From assembly GCA_965232515.1 (NCBI GenBank), contig CBDDPY010000002.1:7008001-7072000 (forward strand): a DNA stretch of 64,000 nt, read 5' to 3'. The notes under the pieces were generated by a model. That model searched no databases. It had not been told where the DNA came from and saw nothing but the letters and a program-made list of their open reading frames with translations. Numbering within the stretch: position 1 is the first letter of the stretch; the number at the start of each line of letters is the position of its first letter. Origin of the DNA: Alphaproteobacteria bacterium. GTDB lineage: Bacteria; Pseudomonadota; Alphaproteobacteria; GCA-2731375. A program made the position numbers and the translations under genes. This document shows, piece after piece, positions 19,396 to 31,300 of this stretch.

Positions 19396-21329
19396 AACTC
19401 AATCCACTCCTCGGGAACCAAGGCTGGTGGCTTGGTCCAAGGTGCTTCCACTAGCGCGGATTGAAACCAATCATCTCGGAGGTTTGCGTGTTCGGTGACA
19501 ATGATTTGAAAGCCCGGAACATGCTCCTGCGTATATTCGTATAACAACCGGAAGAGCTTTCGGACGGTCTCCATATCAGCATCGCTCTCCGTCTTTTCAA
19601 TCGAACCACCGACGGATTTGTAGACCTCTTCGCTCGGAAAATAGACCTGTGAAGGTTGGTCGATCATCAGGAAGCGCGGAATAGGATGATTACCCTTCGC
19701 CGCGTAGCGATGCAGTGCGAGGAGAGCGCCAAGATGATAGGCAAGATGGTTTTCACCACCACCGGTCCGTTCCATGTACGTCGGACGGTCGGGACGGTCG
19801 AACACGATGGTTAGACTGCGGAGATCAAGTCTTGCGGGGAACTGTCCGAACTCGCCTCCAAGCTCGCTGACATATCCGGAAATCATCGACGAAATTCCAT
19901 TGAGCACGGAGAGCAACCGGTCTTGAGCATCGTCGCGCCCAACTTGTTTTTCTAGAGCCGCAATCCTGTTATCCAAGCGCGTTTGCGTGCGCTCAAGGCG
20001 AAGTAATTCTTCATCGGTTACGAAGTTCTCTAGAAATAGGCTAATACGCCCGACGACCCGAGCGGCTGCAGTGTTACGGTTGCCCAATTCGGCAATTTGT
20101 TCGTTGGCCGAAATCGCGGCCGCAAGTTCTTCCTCCCTTGTCCGGATCGCCTGACTTAATTGATCAATCTCAGCCTCTTTTTCAATCACATAGGCCTCGA
20201 GCTGCGGCTTCTCGGTCTCGATAATCTTCATTTCTTCATCAAGAGACGCCAACTCTTCGATTAAGGCCTGCGCAATTGGCGTGTCCAATCCCAGGTCTCC
20301 ACTGGTAAATGGCCATTGCCAGCCCCCATCACCGTTGCGAGGCAGCGAATTGATAGAAGCCAGCCGGTCTCTTTGTTCGTTGGCTTCGAACTCGAAATCC
20401 GAAGCGCGTAAGGAAAACTTCTTCGCGCTATCGATCTGCCTGCGGACACTCTGCCTTTCTTCACGAAGTCGAACCAACTCCTGCTCTAGGGCGGTAATAC
20501 GACTGCCATCTTCCTCCGGTACAGGAGTCGGTCGCCATTCTGAAGCACGTTGTAGAACGTTAATAACCGTCGATTCATCGACCGCCTCGTCTCGCAATAC
20601 ACCGACGGTTCTCGCTTCCGATAAAAGGCTGAGGCTCCGGTCGGTTGATTGCTCCACATCCAATCTGGCCTGATCCAAGCTTTTCTGATTTATCCTGAGC
20701 TGTCTTTGGAGAGACCGCAGCTCGGCCGTCAGCTTGAACTTTTCTGCCGACGCAGCACCGAACAGGATTGGGAATGTGTCTCTGATCGCTTGCGGCTGAT
20801 GATCCTCATTCTGCCGGTAGAGCAATTGGTCTTTGCTCGCGACAAATCCCTGCTTTTGGAACAGATAATAGTAAGTATGTTTCACATTCGCGTCGAAGCT
20901 TTCGCGAGAGTGCTCCATTGCAACGTCAGTCGTGTTTTCAGGAATACCCAGCAACCGTGACAGGAGAGCTTCAACGCCGGCGTCATTATCATTGATCTGC
21001 AGCTCTTCGAATTGGGGAGGCTCGATGCTCTTGCCACGTTTAACCATGGCAGTACTGCACTCGGTCGCCCCTGATTTAGGTGCAGGTTTTGCGATCAACA
21101 CTTGCTCACCGACAAACTGATAGATCACCGCATACCATGAGACGTTCTCTTCAATAACGCCATCCGGAACGTTGAAGGTCGAGCGACCCATGCAGTATTC
21201 AATAATCTCGGAAAGTGCTGATTTGCCCGTTGAGGATCGGCCCGTGATAATGTTGAGACCGTGCGCATTGAAAATTAGATCCCGCCTTTCACCAGCTAGG
21301 CTGAAGATATGGATGGAAGCAATTTTCAA
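19392..21329 (-). CDS. lmuB: Lamassu/ABC-3C SMC-like ATPase (DUF3732, LmuB/DdmC-like)
   Basis: ITGRSSTGKS Walker A, coiled coil, GGGEN signature, FLMIDQPSQVYF Walker B; 645 aa. Confidence 0.9.
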   Translation of the reverse strand: MKIASIHIFSLAGERRDLIFNAHGLNIITGRSSTGKSALSEIIEYCMGRSTFNVPDGVIEENVSWYAVIYQFVGEQVLIAKPAPKSGATECSTAMVKRGKSIEPPQFEELQINDNDAGVEALLSRLLGIPENTTDVAMEHSRESFDANVKHTYYYLFQKQGFVASKDQLLYRQNEDHQPQAIRDTFPILFGAASAEKFKLTAELRSLQRQLRINQKSLDQARLDVEQSTDRSLSLLSEARTVGVLRDEAVDESTVINVLQRASEWRPTPVPEEDGSRITALEQELVRLREERQSVRRQIDSAKKFSLRASDFEFEANEQRDRLASINSLPRNGDGGWQWPFTSGDLGLDTPIAQALIEELASLDEEMKIIETEKPQLEAYVIEKEAEIDQLSQAIRTREEELAAAISANEQIAELGNRNTAAARVVGRISLFLENFVTDEELLRLERTQTRLDNRIAALEKQVGRDDAQDRLLSVLNGISSMISGYVSELGGEFGQFPARLDLRSLTIVFDRPDRPTYMERTGGGENHLAYHLGALLALHRYAAKGNHPIPRFLMIDQPSQVYFPSEEVYKSVGGSIEKTESDADMETVRKLFRLLYEYTQEHVPGFQIIVTEHANLRDDWFQSALVEAPWTKPPALVPEEWIEL

Positions 21330-21814
21330 GGCCGCACTCCCAAAGAAGCGTAGACTGTGACCCGGTCAGAAATCCGTGCAAATTGACGGCCGAGATATTT
21401 GGCAACTAGCTGGCATTCGCGGTTTTCATCCGTGCCACTTATTGCCTTTTTTACGGTCTTTGGACGTATAGAAAGGGCACCTTTGTCGCTCACGTCTAAG
21501 CAGCCCATGTCTGCGAGGAGCGACAGACCTTCCTGACAGAACGGAAACATGCTGGTGGCACGATCAGGAAAATCGATGAGCAGTTGAGGGTAATCCTCGA
21601 CAACCTTGAGGAAGTAGCTTTTGTTGGATTTGGCTAAGATCGATCGCGTGTCCTTGTGCAAACACAGAGGGAGTACGAGCAACGAAAGCGAGTACGGCAT
21701 CGCTCTTTCAGATGTAAGCTGATGCTCGTCAATTGCCCTCGCTAACAACAGCCCGCAAAATGCTGGATTGAAGAGATTTCTGATCTCGAAAGGGCGCTTA
21801 TTCCAGGCCTTCAA
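21326..21814 (-). CDS. lmuC: Lamassu/ABC-3C middle component (LmuC/DdmB-like)
   Basis: NLFNPAFCG, LVLPLCLH and terminal LGVRP motifs. Confidence 0.87.
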   Translation of the reverse strand: MKAWNKRPFEIRNLFNPAFCGLLLARAIDEHQLTSERAMPYSLSLLVLPLCLHKDTRSILAKSNKSYFLKVVEDYPQLLIDFPDRATSMFPFCQEGLSLLADMGCLDVSDKGALSIRPKTVKKAISGTDENRECQLVAKYLGRQFARISDRVTVYASLGVRP

Positions 21815-23013
21815 GTCGTGCCCTCCAAAATCCCCTCAATTCTCTCCAAGAATTTCGGGTGCCAGTGCACTCTGGGTAGAGGTCGACCGTTTGCCAGAAT
21901 ATGAAACGCCCCGCGTACAACATATGGTTCGGTCACACGCTCCCGAATACGGAGGTTTTCGGTTTCAAACTCAGCCCATCTGAAAAGCTCCTTGCCGGCG
22001 GCCACCAATTTCTCTTCCGACTCATCCGTCCCCAAAGCTTCGACAACTAAATTCTTATACCGCCTCCATTCCTCAACCAGACGATCTTCATATTCCTCCA
22101 TCTCTCCAGGTACCAAAAGATCTTCTCGCGCCCAACTTGATCGCTGTTCGAATGCTCGATAGTAATCAATGATCGCAGATTGGATCCGGTCGGTAGATGT
22201 ACCCAGGATCCGCAACTGCCGTACAAACAGCCGCTCATCGGCATCCGGATTAATCCCATCCGGTTGCTTGCCCCGAAAAGTGATTGGCAAATTGTCAGAT
22301 CGATATTCCTCGGCAATTGATGATAATTTGTCTGAGACCTCTGCCCCGTAAATTGGCTCCGTTTTGCCTCCAGCAATCTGCCGTACTGCGATGTCGTTCC
22401 ACCATCCCTCGAGGCGCTCCAGAACGGCTTGGCGGTATTCCCGTCTTACTGTCCGCAACAGCCGATCCGATAAGAGATCAGCGATATCCGTGATGCGAGG
22501 GCTCGCGTCGAAAATTGAAACTCTGCCGAGGAAGTCACGACGTTCCTCTTCACTCAGGTCTGAGTAGGAGGCCCTGATCTCGCCGATAAGCTGGGCCTCA
22601 CTTCTTTCCATCGCAGCGCCAAATTCTTCAGGAAGAGCGTCTGTGGAAGCGGAAGTGTCCATCAAAAACGCACTCAGGAAGGACGTGTCTGCAACTGTTG
22701 CGGTCGTGAACATGAAGAACTGCAGCTGACTCGTAGACCTGCCGGCCGACTTGTAACGATCGAGCCATATCCTAATGGATTTCCAAAAGTCCGTGCTCAA
22801 GTCGGTTAGTGTGCTGCCGGGCGCTCTATGCTTGAGGGACGCAAGTGAACGAGTTCCACCTTCGCCAACAAATTCCAGGTCATCTTGGCCTTCGATTAAG
22901 ACGCCTGTTCGCTCCGGTTGTTCGACTAGCTTGAACAGTGCCAGCCTCGGCTGGTAGATGTATCCTAGGCCTTGCGGCCCTGCGGAAAACTTATCACCAG
23001 ATCCGATGCTCAC
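21811..23013 (-). CDS. lmuA: Lamassu effector with Cap4-like nuclease domain and ABC-3C CTD (LmuA/DdmA-like)
   Basis: GYIYQ..EGQDD..SLKH..LTD.STDFWKSIRIW; C-terminal RGAFHILAN..VHWHP. Confidence 0.83.
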   Translation of the reverse strand: MSIGSGDKFSAGPQGLGYIYQPRLALFKLVEQPERTGVLIEGQDDLEFVGEGGTRSLASLKHRAPGSTLTDLSTDFWKSIRIWLDRYKSAGRSTSQLQFFMFTTATVADTSFLSAFLMDTSASTDALPEEFGAAMERSEAQLIGEIRASYSDLSEEERRDFLGRVSIFDASPRITDIADLLSDRLLRTVRREYRQAVLERLEGWWNDIAVRQIAGGKTEPIYGAEVSDKLSSIAEEYRSDNLPITFRGKQPDGINPDADERLFVRQLRILGTSTDRIQSAIIDYYRAFEQRSSWAREDLLVPGEMEEYEDRLVEEWRRYKNLVVEALGTDESEEKLVAAGKELFRWAEFETENLRIRERVTEPYVVRGAFHILANGRPLPRVHWHPKFLERIEGILEGTT

Positions 23014-23741
23014 ACTGTCTTCCTAGTCATATATTCAATTAGATGTACGATCACTATTCGTATTTTTGCTGCTCTAGAGTGTATCTGCAAGATTTCAAAG
23101 TAGTGATCAGAGAAGCCGCCGTGCAGATTTGAGCTCTCATAGGTGTTCTCGGTTCGTTCCGGCCGATGTCCAGTTCGACGAACCGCGCCGCAGAAGTGGT
23201 TAGTGACGGTCCGGATCTCGACATTTTGTGCGAACCTGAACGACCGCTTCGGAGCCACTGCTAGCAAGGACACTATTGTCGAAACAGCCTCCTAGCCGGA
23301 AGAGGGACTCTAGTCTGCTCCCTTGTGTCCTATTAGACGAAGAAATTCAGCGCTGATCAATTTCTGATCGCTGAGCAGTTTGTCGAACAACGCCTTCTCA
23401 TGGACCTAGACCACGTCGATGCCTTGTACAGTCTGGTCGAGCAGCAGCCGTCTGTTAATCGGATCGACCATTAATTGTTGCGCTTCTATTCAATACGTAT
23501 AGACGAGAAGCTCCCGTCTCACTCGGTAGTGTCCGCTCTTTCCACACCTTTGTTGCGATCATTTTATCAATCTTGGTGCAGCGTGAAGTGAACGGTCATC
23601 TGGCGTCCGGATACATCATGTTGGCAAGTTCAAGGGGCCGCTTCACTGTACTGAACATATGTAATGAAAGCTGCAGAGCAAAAGACCGATCTGCTTTCAT
23701 TCTCGGGATAAGAGCGGCGCGCTGTTTCATTCAGTGAGCTC

Positions 23742-24947
23742 TTAATGATCCAACTCAGCCACGCTCTCATCGTAACCGGCAGTCTTAGTTTGTGGCTTTC
23801 GCCCAAACAGAACATCGCCGATTGCCGTTGAAACCATCGCATTGGCCGCCCGTACGGGATCGTCAGCCAAGTGAGCATATCGGGCCGTGGTTTGAGCCTG
23901 CGTGTGGCCAAGGAGTTTTCCGAGGATCGGCAGACTTTGGCCAAGTCCGACACCATAAGATGCGAAGGTATGGCGCAGATCATGGATACGGATGTCCTCG
24001 AGGCCGGCGCGCTTGCGAATACGGCGCCACGGCTTTTGCAGATCGGTGAGATACTCGCCGTCCTTCTTGCCCGTAATCACATACGGATTGCCCTCAATCC
24101 GCTTGATCGCTTTCAGGACAGCAATCGTGTCTTCGCTCAGATAGACAGTCTTTTCGCCTGTTTTGGAGTCAGGCAGACGGAGCACCTTGTCCTTGAGGTC
24201 AACGAAGTCCCATTTCAGTGTTTGAATTTCTCCGAGCCGACAGCCGGTTAGAATCAAGAGCCGATATGCCGCCACGGCGGAGGGGGAGTCCGCTTCCTCA
24301 GCGTCCAACGCGTCACTCAGAGCAGTCAATTCGTCAGCCGAGAGAAAGCGCTCTCGTTTTTCCTCTTTGTACTTCTTGACGCGCAGGCAAGGGTTGCTTC
24401 CTTCCTCGCGCAAACCCCAGACTTCGGCTTGGCTCATCATTTTGGAAAGAACACCGAGCGCTCTGTTGGCCTGATAGGGAATGTCCTGCAGCTTGTGATG
24501 AAAGTCGGCAACGGTCGACCGGTCTAGGTCGGCGACTTTTCGGCTTCCGATTTTCGGTTTGATGAACAGTTTGACCGCCCGGCCGTACTCGGCCTGCGTC
24601 GACGGCTTTAGATGAACCGGGACGTATTCCTTTAGAAATCGATCGCCAAGTTGGGCGACAGTCTGTCCCTTTCGGGCTTTCTTCTCCTCGCTGGCCGTGT
24701 CTATCCCTTCCACGGCGTTTGAGATGTGCCTGAATGCGAGGCGCCGGGCTTGCTCGGTTTTCATTTTACCGTGCTTGCCTAGCGTGACGAGCCGCTGTCT
24801 GCCGCTGACCCGATAGTAGGCGATGAAGGCTTTCGAGCCGCCGGCGTTAACCCGGATGCCAAAGCCTGCCAGTTCAGAATCCCAGACGGTGAACTGTTTG
24901 CCAGTGGGGGCAATGGCGTCGACTGTGCGTTGTGTGAGTTTGGGCAT
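23742..24947 (-). CDS. tyrosine integrase of the ICE
   Basis: Arm-binding N-terminus (WDSELAGFG); TGCR, HDLRH and LLGH..TARY catalytic motifs; next to the att site. Confidence 0.95.
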   Translation of the reverse strand: MPKLTQRTVDAIAPTGKQFTVWDSELAGFGIRVNAGGSKAFIAYYRVSGRQRLVTLGKHGKMKTEQARRLAFRHISNAVEGIDTASEEKKARKGQTVAQLGDRFLKEYVPVHLKPSTQAEYGRAVKLFIKPKIGSRKVADLDRSTVADFHHKLQDIPYQANRALGVLSKMMSQAEVWGLREEGSNPCLRVKKYKEEKRERFLSADELTALSDALDAEEADSPSAVAAYRLLILTGCRLGEIQTLKWDFVDLKDKVLRLPDSKTGEKTVYLSEDTIAVLKAIKRIEGNPYVITGKKDGEYLTDLQKPWRRIRKRAGLEDIRIHDLRHTFASYGVGLGQSLPILGKLLGHTQAQTTARYAHLADDPVRAANAMVSTAIGDVLFGRKPQTKTAGYDESVAELDH

Positions 24948-24993
24948 CTTTAGACAAAATCTCTTGAGGCTAGCAGAACCTGAGATCCAAAAC

Positions 24994-25015
24994 TTATAGC
25001 ATATTTATAGCAGAT
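24994..25015 (+). repeat. 11-bp direct repeat, candidate arm site of the ICE integrase
   Basis: TTATAGCATAT TTATAGCAGAT between the integrase start and att core. Confidence 0.5.
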
Positions 25016-25136
25016 TTTGGAGATTCGCAGTGCACTAAAATGTGCTTAAGGGTATCATCTTAAGTATTTTTGTAAATATAATCAGTACCTTGGTGAAAGA
25101 TCGTGAGAACTTGAGAACCAGCGTGAAATTCAAAAA

Positions 25137-25187
<51 letters not shown>

Positions 25188-25250
25188 ATCATCAACAATC
25201 GCAACACGCGACACCACTGGCCCGATGCCATGTCAGGCCAACGCACGGCC

Positions 25251-25271
25251 GTGTCCGCATAGTGTCCGAAA
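25251..25271 (+). repeat. candidate integrase arm sites, left end of element 2
   Basis: GTGTCCGCATAGTGTCCGAAA, matching 62514-62534. Confidence 0.65.
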
Positions 25272-25332
25272 TCCACCCGGCGGCGAATGGCCGCGTCGTC
25301 ATGGTCATGAACGTGATTGGGTGGCGACATTG

Positions 25333-28300
25333 CTACTGCGATGGCTGCCAGTTCGCTGAAATGACCGGGATCAGATCATCCTCGTAACTTTGCGGCAATG
25401 CTGTTTGCCCTGCCGATGGCGGTGAGAATGCAGCCATGGCATTGACAAGATTCTGCACTTGGCTATTCAGCAGCGTGTCACCATCGCTGGTTTCGAACAC
25501 TTCGATCTGGTGAGCCGCGTTGTCGAACCAATTCTGGATTGTTATCCGATCGTCGGTGCCAATCACGCTGACAGAAAGATCGAGACCGTCCTGTGCAAAC
25601 CAGATCTGATCATTTGTAATCGCGGCATCGAACAGAACACTATCACTGCCGGACGAAGCCGCAGATTCGATGATCGAATCATGGCCGTCGCCACGACCGA
25701 ACAAATAGATATCGCCGTCGTTACCACCGGTCAGCGTGTCGTTGCCGGCACCGCCGTCCAGCGTATCTGCGCCGACGCCGCCATCCAGGCTGTCGACTCC
25801 CAAACCACCCGACAGCACATCATCCCCGCCATTGCCGGATAACACGTCGTCGCCCGAATAGCCTCTCAGTGTGTTCGCGCTGAGATCGCCATGAAGCACA
25901 TCGGCGTAGGCCGAACCATCGACATTCTCGATCTCGAACAACAGATCACCTTCTGCGTCACCACCGGTGCCGGATCCGTTCAATAAGTCGACAGTCACGC
26001 CTGCACTCGCGTTCGTATAGTCGGCGGTGTCAGTGCCAGCCTGTTCGCTATCGCCGTAGTCAGTAACGTTGAACAATGCCAATGGCGTGTTTCCGACCAA
26101 GTCTTCGACAACACCACCCGCAGCGGCATCAAACCGATAATAGTTGGTCAAGCCGGCGGGTAGCCGATTGAGCTGCAAGGGCACGTCAAGGTCGCCCTGG
26201 ATCTCCATCGCCGTTCTGACCGCGTCGAAGAACCGAAGCTCATCAATCTCGCCCGAAAAGACCTGATTGGGATCGAAGCCGCCGCCAAGGCTATCCTGCT
26301 CTTGACCGAGTATCAGGACTCCGTTGGTTGACAGACTCGCGCCTTGCTGGAGCGTCGATGTGCCTTGAGAAGCGCCGTCAATGAAGACCTCGACTAGACC
26401 ACTTGTACTGTCCCACGTGACGGCCAGGTCGTGGGACGTTCCATCAAAGAGCGTTGTCGCGGCGTTAACGGCGAAGGTTGCCGACTGAGACTTGATGAAA
26501 ACACGCAGATCACCGGTGGCGGCAACGAACAGCAGGAGTTCATTGTCAGATCCGGCCACGGCGTAAGAGACCAGTGGGCTGCCGCTGGTGGAAATTCCGT
26601 TTGACGTGAACCGCATCTCGATGGTGAAGGCTGAGGTCGGCAATTCCGTTACGTTATTGGCTTGGGCGCGCTGATTTGTCTGGCCACCGGTGTTCAGAAC
26701 AAGCGTCCGGTCTGTATAGCGGCTGCCGCCATGCAACAAATCGGCACCTGCGCCACCAACTAGTCGGTCATCGCCTTCGTCGCCAAATAACCGATCGGCA
26801 CCATCGTTACCGATCAACGTGTCATTGCCAGCGCCGCCGGCCAAATCGTCGTCTCCGAGACCGCCAGAAAGCCTATTTTCGCCGGTGTCGCCGATTATCT
26901 GATCGTTGTGATCCGTACCGACAACATCCTCGACGTTTGTCAGCGTATCTCCTTCAGCATCACCGCCATGACCCGTACCGGCCGCAAGATCTATGTCTAC
27001 CGCAGCGCTGGAGGCGGCATAGTCGATGACGTCGACATCGGCACCGCCATCGATTGCGTCTGCTCCGGCGCCGCCGCGAAGAATGTCGGCGCCTTCATCG
27101 CCAGACAGCGTGTCGTTCCCGGCGCCACCTTCGAGTGTATCGTTTCCTTCTCGACCGGACAGTGAATCGTTCCCGCCGGCGCCTGAAAGCGTGTTGTCGA
27201 ATTCGCCGCCGACCAGGTTGTCCGCGGTATTCGATCCGACAACGTTCTCGACGTTCAGGAACGTGTCGCCCTCGGCATCGCCACCGGCGCCCGTGCTGTT
27301 GGCGAGATTGACCGTGACGCCCAAGGCCGACTCGGCGTACCAGGCCGTGTCGATGCCGTCGCCGCCGCTCAGGTGGTCGCTGCCGGCGTCGCCGATCAGA
27401 CGGTCGTCGCCGGCGTCGCCCTTGAGAATGTCGTCTCCGTCATTGCCGCGCAGGATGTCGTTGCCGGCATCGCCGGCCAGGATGTCATCGCCCGCGCCGC
27501 CGGCGAGGCTGTCGTGGCCGGCACCTCCGGTCGCGATACGATCGGGTCCGGCGAAGATTTTCGCATAGATACCCTCGAGCGAGGCGTCCTGGGCGTGCGA
27601 CGACCAGGTGACGACGAAGCCACCATCGGGACGGGCAGCGACAACCGGCATCGATTGATGGCTATAGGTCTCGTCGTTGATCTGAAACTCGCCGCCGACG
27701 GTCGCGCCAGTGGCGTCATAGCGTTGGCCGTAGATGCCATAGCCGTTGCCGTCCTGGTTCTTCGATTGCCAGACAACGACGAACCCGCCGTCAGTCAGCG
27801 CCGTTACCGAGGCGTTGTCCTGCCAGTCGGCCGTCGTCGTGTTGACCGGGAACTCGGCGCCAGCCGCATTCCCGGCGCTATCGTAGCGTTGGCCGTAGAT
27901 GCCCAAGCGGTCGCCGTCCTGGCCGTCGGACTGCCAGACGATGACAAGGCTGTTGTCTGACTGCACGGCCGCTGACGCCTCGCGTTGATCGCCGATTGTT
28001 GTGGTGTTAACGGGGAACTCGGATCCGACTTCCGTGCCATTCGCATCGTAGCGCTGTCCGTAAATACCGCGGCCGCTGCCGTCCTGGTCCACCGACTCCC
28101 AGACGACCAGGAAGCCGTCGCCCGACAACGGCACGACCCAGGGATAAGCCTGCGTGCTTGTGGTGTGAGTGTTGACCTGGAATTCGCCGTCGACCGCCGT
28201 ACCGCTGGCGTCGTAGCGCTGACCGAAGATGTCGAAGTAGTTGTTGACGTCCAGATGCGCCGTGTCCCAGATCGCAACGAATCCGCCGCCGTCCAAGGCC

Positions 28301-31300
28301 GCGAGCGATGGACGGGATTGTCCCCGCGTCGTACTGGTATGGATCTGGAATTCGTTGCCGGCTGCGGCGCCAGTGGCGTCGTAGCGCTGGCCATAGACCC
28401 CGGCGCCGTCGCCGTCCTGGTTCAAGGACTCCCAGGCAACCACGAAGCCGTGATCGGCCAGCACGGTGACGGTCGGCGCCGTCTGCTGGTTGGCTGTGGT
28501 TGTGTTGACCAGGAATTCTGACCCGACGGTATGGCCATCGGCGTCGTAGCGCTGGCCATAGATACCGTCGCTCGAGCCATCCTGGCCATCCGAGACCCAG
28601 ACGATGACAAACCCGCCGTCGCTGAACACGGCGGCAGATGGCTCGTTCTGCGCATTGGGCGTATGGCTGTTGACCGCAAACTCCGGTTCCGACGGACCCA
28701 CCACATCGATTGTGATCGTGGCGACGGAGACGTTGCCGTCGGCGTCGGTGACCTTGTAGTCGAAGCTGTCGGCGCCGGCGTAGCCCGCCGCCGGCGTATA
28801 GGACCAGGAGCCGTTGGCATTCAGCGTCAGCGTGCCGTGCGCCGGGCCCCTGGCCTGGGCATAGGTCAGCAGCTCCGGCGACGTTGCGTCATCGATCGCC
28901 CAGAGCTGGCCGGCGACCGTGCCATCCATGCTGACCGATGCAACGCCGTCCATCGCCTCGGGCAGTGCCGCAACAACGACATCGCCGTCGGCAAAGCGTA
29001 GCTTTTCGATACCGGTCAGACGATCCGTGCCGTCGGCCGGTGCCGCCCGTCGGTCTTCGACGATCGTCTCGACGCCATTCCGTCGCACCCAATAGTCGGC
29101 GATGTTGCCGCCATAGGCTGCGACGTCGGTGCCCGCACCGCCATCGAGAACATCATCGCCGCCATTGCCGCGAAGGACATCGTCGCCCGCGCCGCCGATC
29201 AGCGTGTCGCCGACAGCGCCGCCAGCCAGCCCATCGTTGCCGTCACTGCCGGAAAGATCTTGACCTTGCCCTTCGTAGACCTTGGCGAACACGCCATAGT
29301 CGCTGCCGTCCTGGCCTAGTGACGACCAGGCAACGGAAAACCCACCGTCAGGCCGGGACCAAACCGCTGGATTGGATTGGGCACCGGCGCTGTAGTCGCT
29401 AATTCGGAACTCGTCGCCGATACTGTTGCCTGCCGAGTTATAGCGTCGGCCATAAACGCCGTTGTCCGACCCATCTTGGCCAAAGGAACGCCAGCTGACG
29501 ATAAAACCGCCATCCGCAAGTCCGGCTGCGACCGGCACGTGCTGACTATCCGTCGTGTAGCTGTTGACCTGGAACTCACCGCCGATCGTGTTGCCGGCAT
29601 TGTCATATCGCTGCCCGAAGATGCCAAAGCTCGAACCATCTTGGCCGTCCGAGGGCCAGACAACCACGAAGCCACCACCCGACATTGCTGCTACGGACGG
29701 GACGTTCTGCACGCCTGTGGTGTAGACATTGTTGACACGGAACTCGGTGCTCAGCGCCGTACCGTTGGCATCGAAACGCTGGCCATAGATGCTGCTGGCG
29801 CTCCCATCCTGGCCTTCCGACTGCCAGACCACAACAAGACTGCCGTCCGATAGTTCGGCAGCGGACGGGTTGGCTTGCTCTCCGATCGTATGGCTATTGA
29901 TGCCGAATTCACCACCGACCTTCATGCCGGTTGCGTCATAGCGTTGCCCATATACTCCTGCCAGATCGCCGTCTTGGCCCCGACTGCTCCAAGCCACGAC
30001 AAAGCCTCCGTTGGACAAGGATGCAATCCAAGGTTCGGTTTGGTCGCCTGTCGTGTAGGTGTTGATCTGAAACTCATTACCGGTTTTGTTGCCGGCCGCG
30101 TCGAAACGCTGGCCAAAGACGCCGAGTGCACTTCCGTCCTGGCCGTAGGAGCGCCAGGCCGACACGAATCCGCCATCCGCCAGGGCGGCGACAAATGGGC
30201 GCGACTGATCGCTCGTTGCGTACGAGTTTATCTGAAACTCTTGACCAAGCTTCGCGCCATTCGCATCGAACCGCTGACCGAAAACGCTACTGGAACTGCC
30301 ATCCTGCACGTCTGAGCGCCAGATAACCACAATGCTGCCGTCCGATAGGGTTGCGATCGACGGCTCGCGCTGAATGCCGCTCGTATAGCTGTTGACCTGG
30401 AATTCGGTGTCGCCGAAGACCTTGGTGTAGATGCCATAGTCGCTGCCGTCCTGGCCGAACGAATGCCAGGCCGCAACAAAGCCGCCGTCCGGGCGGCCGG
30501 CGACAACCGAAAAGCTCTGGTCGCCGGCCGTGTAATCGTTCAACCGGAACTCTTTGCCGACCCGGTTGCCGGCCGCGTCGTAACGCTGGGCATAGGCGCC
30601 GCTGCCGCTAACGCCGCCGTCCTGGAGGTCGGACGACCAACTGACGAGGAAGCCGCCGTCTGCCATGGCGGTAATCGTTGGTACGGACTGCGCGCCCGTC
30701 GTATAGGTATTGACCTGGAACTCGCCACCTACCGTCGCGCCGATGCCATCGTAGCGCTGGCCATAAATGCCGTAGCTGCTGCCGTCCTGGCCCAGCGACT
30801 GCCAGATGGCAACGAAACCGCCGTCCGCCAGCGCCGCGGCGGCAGGATAGGACTGGATGTCGTTCGAATACGTGTTGATCTCGAACTCGCCGCCGACAGC
30901 GACTCCCGTCACATCAAAGCGTTGGCCGGTAATGCCCTGAATGCTGCCGTCCTGCGACGACGCCCAGATCACGGCAAAGCCGCCGCCCGCCAGACCGACA
31001 ACCGCCGGGTCGCGCTGATCGCCAACCGTCGTGGTGTTGATCCGGAACTCGCCGCCGACGGTGGCACCGCTGGCATCGTAACGCTGCCCATAGACGCCAT
31101 AGCTATCGCCGTCCTGAAGGTTTGACCGCCAGGCGACGACGAAACCGCCGTCCGCCAACGCGCCGACCGCCGAAACGTTCTGAACGTCGGCAGTATGGGT
31201 ATTGACGCGGAACTCATTGCCGACGGCCATGCCGCTGGCGTCGTAGCGCCGCCCGTAGATACCGAGATTGCTGCCGTCCTGTTCGGACGAGTGCCAGACA

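Noticed and set aside
635-23509. Shared 12-mer TATAGACGAGAA at 635-646 and 23498-23509
   Set aside because: Chance 12-mer matches are expected in 64 kb; there is no palindrome or clear third copy.
23014-23741. Short ORFs or cassette-like sites between lmuA and the integrase
   Set aside because: No convincing coding signal or paired recombination sites; treated as promoter or relic DNA.
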